From assembly GCA_965195285.1 (NCBI GenBank), contig CBDAFS010000024.1, forward strand, positions 1 through 64,000: 64,000 nt of DNA, written 5' to 3'. The DNA is from an uncultured Aminicenantes bacterium. Its GTDB lineage: Bacteria > Acidobacteriota > Aminicenantia > UBA2199. Position numbers and translations under genes: made by a program. The notes under the pieces are model-generated. The model saw only the letters and a program-made list of their open reading frames with translations. It was not told where the DNA came from and ran no database searches. Positions within the stretch are counted from its first letter, which is position 1; each line of letters begins with the position of its first letter. Below are positions 19,464 to 29,159 of the stretch, piece by piece.

Positions 19464-20768
19464 TTGAAATCCACACCGGTTTCCAAATTTTTACTGATCA
19501 TCATTTTGATATTTGTTTTCTCTCTCCAGGGAATATCCGAAAACCAGAAACTTGTTTTAAAATTCGAAAAAAATGATACCCTGGAACAGATCTGGGAAAA
19601 GATCAAATACAATGGATATGAATTCCAGGTCAGCCATAACTGGGTATTTGATATGAGTCCCGAACAGAAAATCGCATTCTATGGAAGACGGCCTTCTCAA
19701 CAGTCGACGCGGTTAGAGCGATCAGATGATATCGGTCCTTTGGCCAGGTACATCGAAAAAAAAGCCCTGCCCGCCCGATTTGACTGGAGGAACCACAATG
19801 GCCACGCTTATATCGGCGCAGTGAGGAATCAGGGTTATTGCGGATCCTGCTATGCTTTCGGGGCAGCAGCAGCAGCCGAGGGTACATACAATGTGGCCAT
19901 GAATCGATATGATGGCAACTGCATAGATTTATCCGAATCGTTCATCATGTGGTGCCTGGGCAGCCTTCCCCAGTTTTACCCCCATTTTTTTGGCTGTGAC
20001 GGTGCCGACTATGATTATATGGAACTACAGGCCCTGGTTGAATACGGTATTGTCAGGGAATCTGACTACCCCTATACCACCTCATTTTCAGGAGTCTGCA
20101 CCCACTGGAATGACCCCATTATCAAATTTACCCAGTGGTATCGCATACCCTGCGGGGATATCGATGCCATTAAAACCGCCATCATGACCTACGGTGTGGT
20201 GGATGCGGCGGTTCTGGTTTCCGGCGCTTTCGAAGCCTATCACAGCGGTGTTTATCAGGATTCCAATACTTCCTGTTATGCCAGTCCCTGCTATTATACA
20301 CCGACCGATCATGCCATTTCACTGGTTGGATGGGACGATGCAGATGGATCCTTCATACTGAGGAACAGTTGGGGGTCTTCCTGGGGCGAAAACGGATATA
20401 TGAGAATTAAATACAACTCAGCAGTGGTGGCCTGTGAGGTTTGTTACCTGGTTATCTCCGATATTGTCTTGCAGTTATCGGTTTCCCGGGAAGAGTTGAA
20501 CATGTGGGTGTTCAACCAGGAATATGCCAATGTGAAGCTGATCGTGGATAAGAAAAATGATGCCGATGTGAATAAATATATTATTTACAAAAAAGAAGCT
20601 GGAGGTGCCTACCAGTTGCTGACCGAGATACAGGATTTTGAACTTCAGGACAATGCGTTAAGTTTTATTGATAAACAACTGGATGCAGGTAAATCTTATA
20701 CCTACAAGGCAGTAGCCCTGGATTCCCATGGAATCATTGTGGCAAATTCTCCCGAAATCACTATTTAA
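19464..20768 (+). CDS. Papain-family (C1A) cysteine protease with C-terminal Fn3-like domain
   Basis: FDWR, QGYCGSCYAF, DHAISLVGW, RNSWGSSWGENGY; SD GAGGAGGTGA with TTG start. Confidence 0.93.
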   Translation: MKSTPVSKFLLIIILIFVFSLQGISENQKLVLKFEKNDTLEQIWEKIKYNGYEFQVSHNWVFDMSPEQKIAFYGRRPSQQSTRLERSDDIGPLARYIEKKALPARFDWRNHNGHAYIGAVRNQGYCGSCYAFGAAAAAEGTYNVAMNRYDGNCIDLSESFIMWCLGSLPQFYPHFFGCDGADYDYMELQALVEYGIVRESDYPYTTSFSGVCTHWNDPIIKFTQWYRIPCGDIDAIKTAIMTYGVVDAAVLVSGAFEAYHSGVYQDSNTSCYASPCYYTPTDHAISLVGWDDADGSFILRNSWGSSWGENGYMRIKYNSAVVACEVCYLVISDIVLQLSVSREELNMWVFNQEYANVKLIVDKKNDADVNKYIIYKKEAGGAYQLLTEIQDFELQDNALSFIDKQLDAGKSYTYKAVALDSHGIIVANSPEITI

Positions 20769-20778
20769 GGAGCTTCGA

Positions 20779-21333
20779 ATGAAAAAAAGTCTAATTGGTT
20801 TAGTGATGGTTTTGGTCTTGTTTTCAACTGCCCGGAGCGGCAATAACTTTGGAATCTCAGTGATCGGAAACTATATGGTACCCTCGGATGCGGATTACAA
20901 AACCATTTATGGAGAGGGCATGATCTATCCCGAACTGAAAATCGAGTTCAATGTTTTCAAGGGATTTTCCCTATGGCTGGGATACGGGTACCTGACCGCT
21001 GATGGAGTCATTCCAATTCTTGAAGATGAGGCCAAATCCAATCAACATCATCTCTCGGTTGGTGCCGGGTATACTCTTAAGTTTTTCAATTTCATGGGCT
21101 TAAAAATCCAGTTGGGCAGCTTTAATGTATATTATAGTGAAAAGAGTGTCGATATCGAGGAAACCGGGATGGTTTTCGGTTATCGGGCTGATCTGGGTTT
21201 GATGTTTTATATGGGCAACAATTTTTTTATGGGCCTGTCCGGAGGATATATGAATGCAAGCAAAACCCTGTATGGGCGCTCGGTAAAATTCGGAGGTTTC
21301 AAGGGAGGCCTTGAAATCGGCATTACGTTTTAG
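20779..21333 (+). CDS. Outer-membrane beta-barrel protein
   Basis: Signal peptide MKKSLIG...; alternating aromatic/Gly strands; C-terminal Phe; SD AAGGAG before the ATG at 20779. Confidence 0.75.
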   Translation: MKKSLIGLVMVLVLFSTARSGNNFGISVIGNYMVPSDADYKTIYGEGMIYPELKIEFNVFKGFSLWLGYGYLTADGVIPILEDEAKSNQHHLSVGAGYTLKFFNFMGLKIQLGSFNVYYSEKSVDIEETGMVFGYRADLGLMFYMGNNFFMGLSGGYMNASKTLYGRSVKFGGFKGGLEIGITF

Positions 21334-21344
21334 GAGAATACGAT

Positions 21345-22949
21345 ATGAAAAAAACATGCTTGATATGGGTACTATTCATCTTTTTAAGCTGGGGAACCCA
21401 AGCCCGGCCGGACCAGGGATCCGTAGAAAAGGTCAGGGATAGTTGTACTTCCATTACAGTCGGGAAACTGGCCTCTGTGGACGGATCGGTCATGACCTCC
21501 CACACCTGTGATTCCCGGATTGACCGAACCTGGATTGATTTCCAGACTCGAAGAAAATACCGGCCTGGGGCCATGCGTCCGGTTTACCTGGATTCCCACA
21601 AAACCGTGAATGCAGAAAATTTGACCAAACAGAAATTAAAGGATCAAATCCCCCAATCCTCAATTACCTACAAATATTTGAATACCACCCTGCCCTGCCT
21701 CAATGAAAACCAGGTGGCCTTCGGAGAAGCCACCTTTACCGGAAAAAAAATCATGCGAAGTGATATCGGGATTCTCGATTACTATGAGTTAAACCGAATC
21801 ATGGCTGAACGAGCCACCACGGCTAGGGAAGCCATCCGGGTTGCTGATGAAATAACCAAGAAATACGGGTACATAGATGGCGGTGAATGTTTCACGATTG
21901 CGGATCCCAATGAGGTCTGGCACCTGGAAATCATCGGTCCCGGAAAGGGGAAAAAAGGGGCGGTCTGGGCTGCCCAGCGGGTTCCCGATGACCATGTCGG
22001 TGTGAATGCCAATGGCTCCCGGATCCGAGTAATCGATCTTTCCAAATCCGATTATTTCATGGCCTCGGACAATGTGATTACCAGGGCAGTGGAGCTGGGA
22101 TTGTATGACCCCGATTCAGACATTCCCTTTGAATTCTGTTATGTATACGCCGACCGCAAGAGCCTGGCAACCCGGAGAAGGGAATGGCGTGTTTTTGACC
22201 TCCTGGCCCCTTCTATGAAGCTGGATCCCAATGGAGAAAATTTCCCCTTCTCCATCAAGCCGGAAAAAAAAGTGAGTGCCCGGGATATCATGACCATTTT
22301 CAGAGATACCTATGAGGATACGCCCTTTGATATGACCAAATATATGCTGGTGCCTGAAACCGACAAAGAGGGCAAGAGGACCGGAAAATTTATCAAAAGT
22401 CCTTATGCCAATCCCTTCATGGATTATGATATGATGCCTCTTTTTAAAATCAATGGCGGTTGGAATGAACTGGGCGAGCGTTGTATTGCCAGGTACTATT
22501 GTACCTATGCTACTGTAATACAGGTCAGAAACTGGCTGCCACCCGATATTGGTGGCCTGGTCTGGTTTGGCTATGACAATCCAGCCATGACAGCCTATTC
22601 GCCGATCTATATTGGTGCGGAAACTGTACCGGAATCATACAGGATATGCGGTCGACCGGGATTCAACCGCGATTGTGCCTGGTGGGCCTTTAACCGGGTG
22701 GCTGATCTGTCAGCTCAGAAATGGGGAGAAATGAGGCAAGATGTATCCGCTGTATGGAAACCGTTTGAAGCAAGGGCCTTCAACCAGCAGCAGGATTTCG
22801 AAACCAGGGTATTGAAACTATACAAAACAAATCCCGGTAAAGCCCGAAAATTGCTGACCCAATACTCCACTGATTGGATGAATAAATTGGTCACTGCTTA
22901 CTGGAAGTTAGGCGATGATTTGTGGAGCAAGTATACCGGAAAGTTTTGA
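21345..22949 (+). CDS. C69 family dipeptidase (Ntn hydrolase)
   Basis: Signal peptide then CTSITVGKLASVDGS; NENQVAFGE, TAREAI, GECFTIADPNEVW, WAAQRVPDD. Confidence 0.92.
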   Translation: MKKTCLIWVLFIFLSWGTQARPDQGSVEKVRDSCTSITVGKLASVDGSVMTSHTCDSRIDRTWIDFQTRRKYRPGAMRPVYLDSHKTVNAENLTKQKLKDQIPQSSITYKYLNTTLPCLNENQVAFGEATFTGKKIMRSDIGILDYYELNRIMAERATTAREAIRVADEITKKYGYIDGGECFTIADPNEVWHLEIIGPGKGKKGAVWAAQRVPDDHVGVNANGSRIRVIDLSKSDYFMASDNVITRAVELGLYDPDSDIPFEFCYVYADRKSLATRRREWRVFDLLAPSMKLDPNGENFPFSIKPEKKVSARDIMTIFRDTYEDTPFDMTKYMLVPETDKEGKRTGKFIKSPYANPFMDYDMMPLFKINGGWNELGERCIARYYCTYATVIQVRNWLPPDIGGLVWFGYDNPAMTAYSPIYIGAETVPESYRICGRPGFNRDCAWWAFNRVADLSAQKWGEMRQDVSAVWKPFEARAFNQQQDFETRVLKLYKTNPGKARKLLTQYSTDWMNKLVTAYWKLGDDLWSKYTGKF

Positions 22950-22962
22950 GGAGTTGACTATA

Positions 22963-24123
22963 ATGGAAAAATTATCTCAAGAGGAATTGATTAATTTGAT
23001 AAAATCGGTTTTTCCCCGGTTGGAACAGGACCGCCAGCTGGCCATCCTGGTTGACATTCCACGGGATCATCAATCCGATAATCCCAGCTGGAAACGTCGG
23101 CGTGAGATCTGTCTGGACTGGTTTCTGGGCCTAAAAGAAAATATCAATCAATTGGAACTGGAAACCGTTTGCCTGATTGCCTATCCAGAGGTCGGATCAA
23201 ACAATGCCGATCTCCCGGAAAAGGCATTCGATATTTTTAATCAGCTACCCGCAAAAGCGGGCGATCTGGCCGATTATGGAAACCCGGTTGAGTTCAATCA
23301 AGTTTTCAGTGATTTTCAATTGTTTTTGGCACCGACCGAATATTCAACCACCGCACCTTTGAAAAATGCCGCCAAAAGATTCGGATTCAGGGCCGGAACC
23401 ATGCCCGGGTTTTCTCCGGCTATGATTCCCGCTTTGAGAATCGATTACCAGGAAGTATCCCGGAGGGTAACGATTTTAAAAAACATACTGGATCCGGCTC
23501 AGTGGGCTGAAGTTGTTTTTACCGTTGATCAAAACAAACAATATCAGATCCGGTTTGATCTACGGAACAGATCCGCTCATCTGAGCAGCGGGAGGTTTCC
23601 GGAACCGGGTGTTGCCGGCAATGTACCCAGTGGTGAGACCTATATTGTTCCCTATGAGGGCGAATCAGATCCCAGCCTCACCAGTGGTATTCTGCCGGTC
23701 CAGCTGGAACAGCAGGTATTGCTGTTTGACATTCATGAAAACCGGGCCATTGAGGTTCGCAGCGAATCCGGTATCCAGGAACTTGAATCACTGAATTCCG
23801 AACAGGAACATCTTCGGCGTGAACCGGCTTATGGAAATATGGCAGAACTGGGATTTGGAGTATTAGGGGATTTTGGACTCGAACCCATCGGAGAGATTCT
23901 TCTGGATGAAAAATTGGGTTTTCATGTGGCCTTTGGCAGGAGTGATCATTTCGGCGGTATAGTGGGTCCATCGGATTTTTCATCTCCATCGGAAGTTATC
24001 CATCTGGACCGGGTTTATATCCCTTCCCTGCAACCCAGAATAGCAGTCAAATCGCTGGTACTGGGCGAGAACGGGAGTAAAACCGAAGCAATTATTAAAG
24101 ACGGGCAATATCTGATATTTTAA
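22963..24123 (+). CDS. M29-like (thermophilic metalloprotease/aminopeptidase T) protein
   Basis: GNVPSGETY, AELGFG, ILLDEK..FHVAFGRSDHFGG, HLD; ATG at 22963 after GAGGAG. Confidence 0.7.
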   Translation: MEKLSQEELINLIKSVFPRLEQDRQLAILVDIPRDHQSDNPSWKRRREICLDWFLGLKENINQLELETVCLIAYPEVGSNNADLPEKAFDIFNQLPAKAGDLADYGNPVEFNQVFSDFQLFLAPTEYSTTAPLKNAAKRFGFRAGTMPGFSPAMIPALRIDYQEVSRRVTILKNILDPAQWAEVVFTVDQNKQYQIRFDLRNRSAHLSSGRFPEPGVAGNVPSGETYIVPYEGESDPSLTSGILPVQLEQQVLLFDIHENRAIEVRSESGIQELESLNSEQEHLRREPAYGNMAELGFGVLGDFGLEPIGEILLDEKLGFHVAFGRSDHFGGIVGPSDFSSPSEVIHLDRVYIPSLQPRIAVKSLVLGENGSKTEAIIKDGQYLIF

Positions 24124-25970
24124 TACAATGACCTGACCGGCCTGACATAACCATTAAACTGGGGCCAGTTGACATCCACATATCCGTGGTCAAAGTAGAC
24201 AATCCAGTATTCCTGTCCCAATGTGTCCGATGTCCAAATGCTTCTGGTTTTGCCGGAAAATAACGGGCTCAGATGCAATCCGCTGGAATTCTTCGTTGAT
24301 TCCATCAGCGAGGCGGCTTCTTCAAGGGTGGGCAGCCTCCAGTCCGAGTACCCGGCATGACGCATCCGGTTGATGTTGGATACCCATCTGTGGGCCATAC
24401 TGAGATTCATATATCGCGGAGACCCCGAATGATGCCACACCAATCCGGTTGCCCGGTCAACGACCACATTTTTTCCGCCCTTCCTTTTTAAATAAAATTG
24501 GTTTCGAAACCGTTTGGACCGGTTTTTATGGTAATCAAAGAAACCCCGTTTTTTTAGCATTAGCTGGGTATTGGACGTGTTCAGGTCTCTGGGAGTCCGA
24601 CGAAGCCGTGTGGCGGGATGAACCAAACCTTCTTTGGTTAATATGCTTTTTTCCAGTTCCATTAGTTCCGGAGACACCTGGATCTTTTTGGCTTGCTGGA
24701 GAATCTCCTTGGCCTTATTCAGGTTGTTCTCACCGAATGCCAGTTCAGCCTGTGACATTAAGTGTTTGAATTCCAGGTTTTTCCGGGTTTCAACCCGGTT
24801 ATTTTTTTCTTGAATGGAATCTTGACTTGTGGCATCCATTTTATCTAATTTTTCTCGAGCCTGTATGGCAAACTTCCCCCGGGGATATTGCTTTAAATAT
24901 TGGTTGTATGCCTCGAGTGAGTTTTTTTCAATTGCCAGTTGCCAGAACTTTGTTTCTGCGTTGTTTCCTGATTTTTTTAATACTGAAATTCCGGCAATAC
25001 CTAATAACAGAAGCAGAATGATGATCAGGGAATAAATGGATTGCTTCCATCTGGATAATTTACCTTTTTTCCGGCCGGGTTTTTCTTCAGGGGATTTGGT
25101 CGATTTCGGTTTATTATCTGATTTGCGGATCACGGTGATTTCCCTTTCAGTAGAAAGTTCCTTTATCTGGATTTTCTGGATGGAATTGATCAATTCACTA
25201 CCACTTTGAATCCGGGTCCTTTTGTCTTTGGCCATCAATCGGTCAATAATGGGCTGGTATTGCTGTAATGGTGGATCCAACCGGGGTATGGGATCCTTCA
25301 CATGCTTTACCGCGATTACAATTGAATCGGTTCCTTCGTATGGGGTTCGGCCTTCTAACATCTCAAAAAAAACCACACCCAGGCTGTAAATATCGGACCT
25401 TCCATCGATTTCCATGCCCTGGATCTGTTCCGGACTCATGTAATGGGGGGTTCCGATCGACGTTCCGGTTTTGGTCAGTTTGGCATCGGATTCCATCAAT
25501 TTGGCAATTCCGAAGTCCACTAAAACCGGAGTGCCGTCATTACGCAGGAGAATATTGGCCGGCTTTACATCTCGATGGATGACTCCCTTCTTATGGGCGT
25601 AATCAAGAGCGCTGGATATTTGCTTTACTATATCCAGGGCAATTTCCGGCTGGATCTTCCCCTCTTGACTGGATTTGATGACATCCTTCAGGTTCCTTTC
25701 CAGGTATTCCATGGCGAAATAATAATTTCCGTCAAACTCTCCCACATCATAGATGGAAATGATATTGGTATGCTGCAACTGGGCCCCGATCTTGGCTTCG
25801 GTAATGAATCTCTGGGTAATTTCTCTATCCTCGGCCAGACTCGGCAGCAGTACTTTCAAGGCCACTTCTCGCTCCAGTTTTTCCTGAAAAGCAAGGTATA
25901 CTGTTCCCATTGCTCCCTTTCCAAATTTTTTCTTAATTTTATAATTCGGGATTTCCGGAAATTGTACCAC
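24120..25970 (-). CDS. Membrane Ser/Thr protein kinase with extracellular DUF1566 (Lcl-like) domain
   Basis: GKGAMG, VALK, HRDVKPAN, DFG, GTPHYMSPE; TM helix; VVDRATGLVW...GYSDWRLPTLEE...YVRPVR. Confidence 0.92.
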   Translation of the reverse strand: MVQFPEIPNYKIKKKFGKGAMGTVYLAFQEKLEREVALKVLLPSLAEDREITQRFITEAKIGAQLQHTNIISIYDVGEFDGNYYFAMEYLERNLKDVIKSSQEGKIQPEIALDIVKQISSALDYAHKKGVIHRDVKPANILLRNDGTPVLVDFGIAKLMESDAKLTKTGTSIGTPHYMSPEQIQGMEIDGRSDIYSLGVVFFEMLEGRTPYEGTDSIVIAVKHVKDPIPRLDPPLQQYQPIIDRLMAKDKRTRIQSGSELINSIQKIQIKELSTEREITVIRKSDNKPKSTKSPEEKPGRKKGKLSRWKQSIYSLIIILLLLLGIAGISVLKKSGNNAETKFWQLAIEKNSLEAYNQYLKQYPRGKFAIQAREKLDKMDATSQDSIQEKNNRVETRKNLEFKHLMSQAELAFGENNLNKAKEILQQAKKIQVSPELMELEKSILTKEGLVHPATRLRRTPRDLNTSNTQLMLKKRGFFDYHKNRSKRFRNQFYLKRKGGKNVVVDRATGLVWHHSGSPRYMNLSMAHRWVSNINRMRHAGYSDWRLPTLEEAASLMESTKNSSGLHLSPLFSGKTRSIWTSDTLGQEYWIVYFDHGYVDVNWPQFNGYVRPVRSLY

Positions 25971-26057
25971 AGGTCCTCGCTTTATACTGCAGAATTATAG
26001 TATAAATTTCACTCCCAAAAGTCAACCATATTTTTATTTAAACCTGGTTGAAATGGA

Positions 26058-27074
26058 CTATTCCACGGTGAGGAAATAAATGGAAGCAATGGCATAAATG
26101 GCCCGGTCCGAGAAGAAGTCAGGAGTGGGGAACAATCCGAACCTGCCCTTTTCACTGTTTTTTCCCCGATCAATGATCAGAAAATCGGCCTGATCATTGC
26201 GGTTGAACAGTTCACTGAAGCCAATTACAATCCGGTACCCGTCTGCAGCTGATACGGCAAAATATCCGGTACGGATATTTTCCCGTTTGAACCGGAAATG
26301 GGTTTTTAATAGGGAATGAAAGGTCCTCCCTCTGAACTGTTGGACTCCGTGAAATCCCCTGCCCCGCCCGTAAAATACGGATGGATAGGTTCGTTGTTGG
26401 AGATCGTTAGCCATCTCCCGGATTTCGGAAATGGTTTTCTCATGCCTGAACAGTTTAATGTGCCCTGAATATCGTTTTTTGTTTGTTCCCTTTGTTTCAA
26501 AACTCAGGGGACAGGACATCACCTTGATCTTCACCGGACGTTCCAGGTTGCGTTCACTCAATAGATCATTGGCACAAACCAGCCGGGTGGAGGTGGGCAG
26601 GGGCCATTTTTCCTTTGTTTTCGAAGGAATTATCCGGGATACTCTGGTAGCCACAATGATACGATGCAATACCGAGGGATAGTAAATTTCTCCCCAGCTG
26701 AAAACCGCCTTTTCTCCCCGGTCATTTTCCACAACCACCAGCATATCAATAACCGATCCGAATTCGGATTTATTCCTTTTGTTAATGTATCTCTCTTTCA
26801 GAATATCAAAGAGTGAATATCCGTCATAACGGTAGGAACCGATGAAAACCGTCTGCTTTTCCCGGAATACCGCCTCCCGAACTATGATTGAACGCAGTGT
26901 CAATCCGCGCAGATTGACCTTTCCCGGATTGAGAATCTCACCTTCCACCTCAATTTCCGGACCTTTCAACTCAATGTGCGGGGTATTGTCATAAAAATCA
27001 TTATTCTCTTTTTGATCGGAGATCAGGGGGAAAGCAATCAGTAACAGCATTAAACTCAAATAAAAGATACGCAT
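26058..27074 (-). CDS. Exported protein with two sulfite-oxidase-like (Oxidored_molyb) molybdopterin-binding folds
   Basis: Sec-type signal; repeats YDGYSLFDIL..VFSWGEI..R.LERPVKI and FRGRTFHSLL..SAADGYRIVIGFSEL..D..SDRAIYAIASI; coupled to the receptor stop. Confidence 0.6.
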   Translation of the reverse strand: MRIFYLSLMLLLIAFPLISDQKENNDFYDNTPHIELKGPEIEVEGEILNPGKVNLRGLTLRSIIVREAVFREKQTVFIGSYRYDGYSLFDILKERYINKRNKSEFGSVIDMLVVVENDRGEKAVFSWGEIYYPSVLHRIIVATRVSRIIPSKTKEKWPLPTSTRLVCANDLLSERNLERPVKIKVMSCPLSFETKGTNKKRYSGHIKLFRHEKTISEIREMANDLQQRTYPSVFYGRGRGFHGVQQFRGRTFHSLLKTHFRFKRENIRTGYFAVSAADGYRIVIGFSELFNRNDQADFLIIDRGKNSEKGRFGLFPTPDFFSDRAIYAIASIYFLTVE

Positions 27075-29002
27075 TATTTTTTCTCCAATAAGGTTTTGAA
27101 ACCAAAACTGAATGTTCTGGATTTCATGGGAAATCCCGGTTCTGTAAAATAGACTTCATCAAGCAGGTTTTCGACTTTGATGAACAGGATGACCGGCCCC
27201 AGTTTTTTCTGCAGACTGGCATTCACCAGGGTATAACCGGGAATGTCAACAATATCAAAAGGGGGCTCCTTTCCAATTTTAGCCTGTGAACTGGTCACCG
27301 ACAATCCCCATATATAAAGCGAAAATCCTTTGAATTCCCCGATCTGAAACAGTATATTAAACTGGGATTTGGGAACATAGTCCAGGGGCTGATCCTGATC
27401 CCGGTCCCAGGCTTCCAGGTAGGTATAACCGGCATTGAAGTAAAATATACCGAGACGTTTGTTAGCTTCGATTTCCATACCGTATATTTCTGCCTTACCA
27501 ACGTTCTCGTAGTATTTGAATCCCTCCAGTCCGCGGTATGATTGGATTAGGTCTTCAATCTGATTGTAGAACACCGCACCATTCAGAAAGAATCCCCTGT
27601 CCAGGGTTATTCCCAGTTCGATGTTTCTGCCGGTTTCATCGTTCAAATCCGGATTTCCGGAAGAGGTACTATAGAGAGATCTCATAGACGGAAATCTTGA
27701 TTTTTGGGAAATAGAAACATGGAAATCAAGCCACTCTCTTGGAGAGTACTTAATTCCGGCAATCGGATTTAAACGGGTTTTGTTCTCGCCATCCTGTTTC
27801 TTCAGATAATCAATACTTGCACCTCCAACCAGTTTCCATTTTTCGGATAGGCTGATGTGATCCTCAATCCCGATCGAATAGGTATCATGTTCGAACTCTT
27901 CCCATTCTTCACCAACATCATCCTGGGTTTTGACCACATCATTTTTTGCATTTAAGCCAAATTTCAATGTGTTATTTTCAGACAGGGGCAAGTCACCCAG
28001 TATGAAGGCCTCGAAAGAATGATTGTCATAAGTGGATTCCCATTGGAGTCCGGTATAATCCTCATTATCAAAGGAATCCAATATATTGAAGTGTTTGACA
28101 TGGTAGAGCCTGGCTTTTAATGAGCCATTCGTTCCCAGAGGAAGTGTGGCTCCCAGGTTATACTGGTACCGGTTCCAGTCATTGAACCGCCAGTAGCGGG
28201 TTTTAAAGTATTCGGTGGCGGCCGGTATCCCATATTCGGCTGTATGATAGAGGACCTGGGCCATGATTTCGATGTGTTCGGTGGGATAATAGTAGAACTT
28301 TCCGATGTAGTTCTGTCTCATGTAATCGCTTCCGTTTCTCAGGATTTTTTCACCATCACTGTTCCAGTAAAACCCATCCGATTGATCCAGGTTGAAGCTG
28401 GCAAATGCATCGAAACGGTCCCAATTGTAGTTTCCGGCCCCGGATATTCGGAATGTGGACGCTTCGGCGACCTGTGTATTTAAAAACAGAGCAGGGTGGT
28501 TGAGTCTCTGACTGACCACATTAATAACCCCTCCCAGGGTATTGGCCCCGTACAGAACCGAATTGGCTCCCTTTATGATCTTGACACTTTCGATTCCAGT
28601 TGCGGTCAGTGTATTCAGGTCAAATGAGTTGAAATAGGGTTCATAAATGGGAATTCCGTCATACAAGAGGGTCAGGCGGTTGCCGGACAATCCCCGGATC
28701 TGAACATTGGCTTCATTTTTCTGGCCTTCCGATACGTAACTGCCCGGAACATAACCCATCACCTCACTCAGGTCTGCCGGAGCGATATCGATCAATTTTT
28801 TCTGATCTACTTTAGAGACCGTAGAAATGGGCTGTTGCCTGGGTGTTTTGGCCGTAACCACGACCTCTTCAATGATTTTGGGAGGTTTTTTGGGTTTTTT
28901 CTTTGAGTCTGGTTCTTCGTCTCCCTGAATCAGAGAAAAAAACAGGAATACCGTAAAGAAAAAAAATGTGATTTTTTTTAAATTTACTTCTATATTTGGC
29001 AT
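27074..29002 (-). CDS. TonB-dependent outer-membrane receptor
   Basis: TonB box EEVVVTA; plug IRG..LLYDGIP..IIKGANSVLYGANTLGGVINVV; GNPDL..E; C-terminal ENLLDEVY...G..SRTF. Confidence 0.95.
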   Translation of the reverse strand: MPNIEVNLKKITFFFFTVFLFFSLIQGDEEPDSKKKPKKPPKIIEEVVVTAKTPRQQPISTVSKVDQKKLIDIAPADLSEVMGYVPGSYVSEGQKNEANVQIRGLSGNRLTLLYDGIPIYEPYFNSFDLNTLTATGIESVKIIKGANSVLYGANTLGGVINVVSQRLNHPALFLNTQVAEASTFRISGAGNYNWDRFDAFASFNLDQSDGFYWNSDGEKILRNGSDYMRQNYIGKFYYYPTEHIEIMAQVLYHTAEYGIPAATEYFKTRYWRFNDWNRYQYNLGATLPLGTNGSLKARLYHVKHFNILDSFDNEDYTGLQWESTYDNHSFEAFILGDLPLSENNTLKFGLNAKNDVVKTQDDVGEEWEEFEHDTYSIGIEDHISLSEKWKLVGGASIDYLKKQDGENKTRLNPIAGIKYSPREWLDFHVSISQKSRFPSMRSLYSTSSGNPDLNDETGRNIELGITLDRGFFLNGAVFYNQIEDLIQSYRGLEGFKYYENVGKAEIYGMEIEANKRLGIFYFNAGYTYLEAWDRDQDQPLDYVPKSQFNILFQIGEFKGFSLYIWGLSVTSSQAKIGKEPPFDIVDIPGYTLVNASLQKKLGPVILFIKVENLLDEVYFTEPGFPMKSRTFSFGFKTLLEKK

Positions 29003-29006
29003 ATGA

Positions 29007-29120
29007 CCTCCTTTGCAAACACGGCAGGAAATACCGTTTACGGTAGAACCCTATCGGTCAAGTACCATTTCCTCAGTAAATAGATTTTACCGAGAATTTA
29101 GGTAACTTGACTCGGAGGAA
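29007..29120 (-). ncRNA. Molybdenum/tungsten cofactor (Moco/Tuco) riboswitch, variant lacking P3
   Basis: RNA: CCUCCGAG-UCAAGUUACCUAA...GGUACUUGA-CCGAU-AGGGUU-CUACCGUAAACGGUA-UUUCCUGCCGUGUUUGCAAAGGAGG. Carries the CUCCGAG, ACCUAA..GGU, AGGG and CCU..CG....G.AAAGGAG hallmarks; 5' CCUCC pairs with the SD. Confidence 0.8.
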
Positions 29121-29126
29121 AAAAAT

Positions 29127-29155
29127 ATAATATCAAATTTTTAAAAGAATGTAAA
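29127..29155 (-). promoter_or_regulatory. Promoter of the riboswitch-receptor operon
   Basis: TTTACA (29155-29150), 17 nt, TGn-TATTAT (29132-29127); predicted start near 29120, at the riboswitch 5' end. Confidence 0.7.
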
Positions 29156-29159
29156 TCGG

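Noticed and set aside
29003-29130. Cobalamin or TPP riboswitch upstream of the TonB receptor
   Set aside because: No B12 box (GCCACUG...GGGAAG, AGYCAGRAGACC) and no TPP CUGAGA...ACCUG...GGGA pattern; Moco hallmarks fit better
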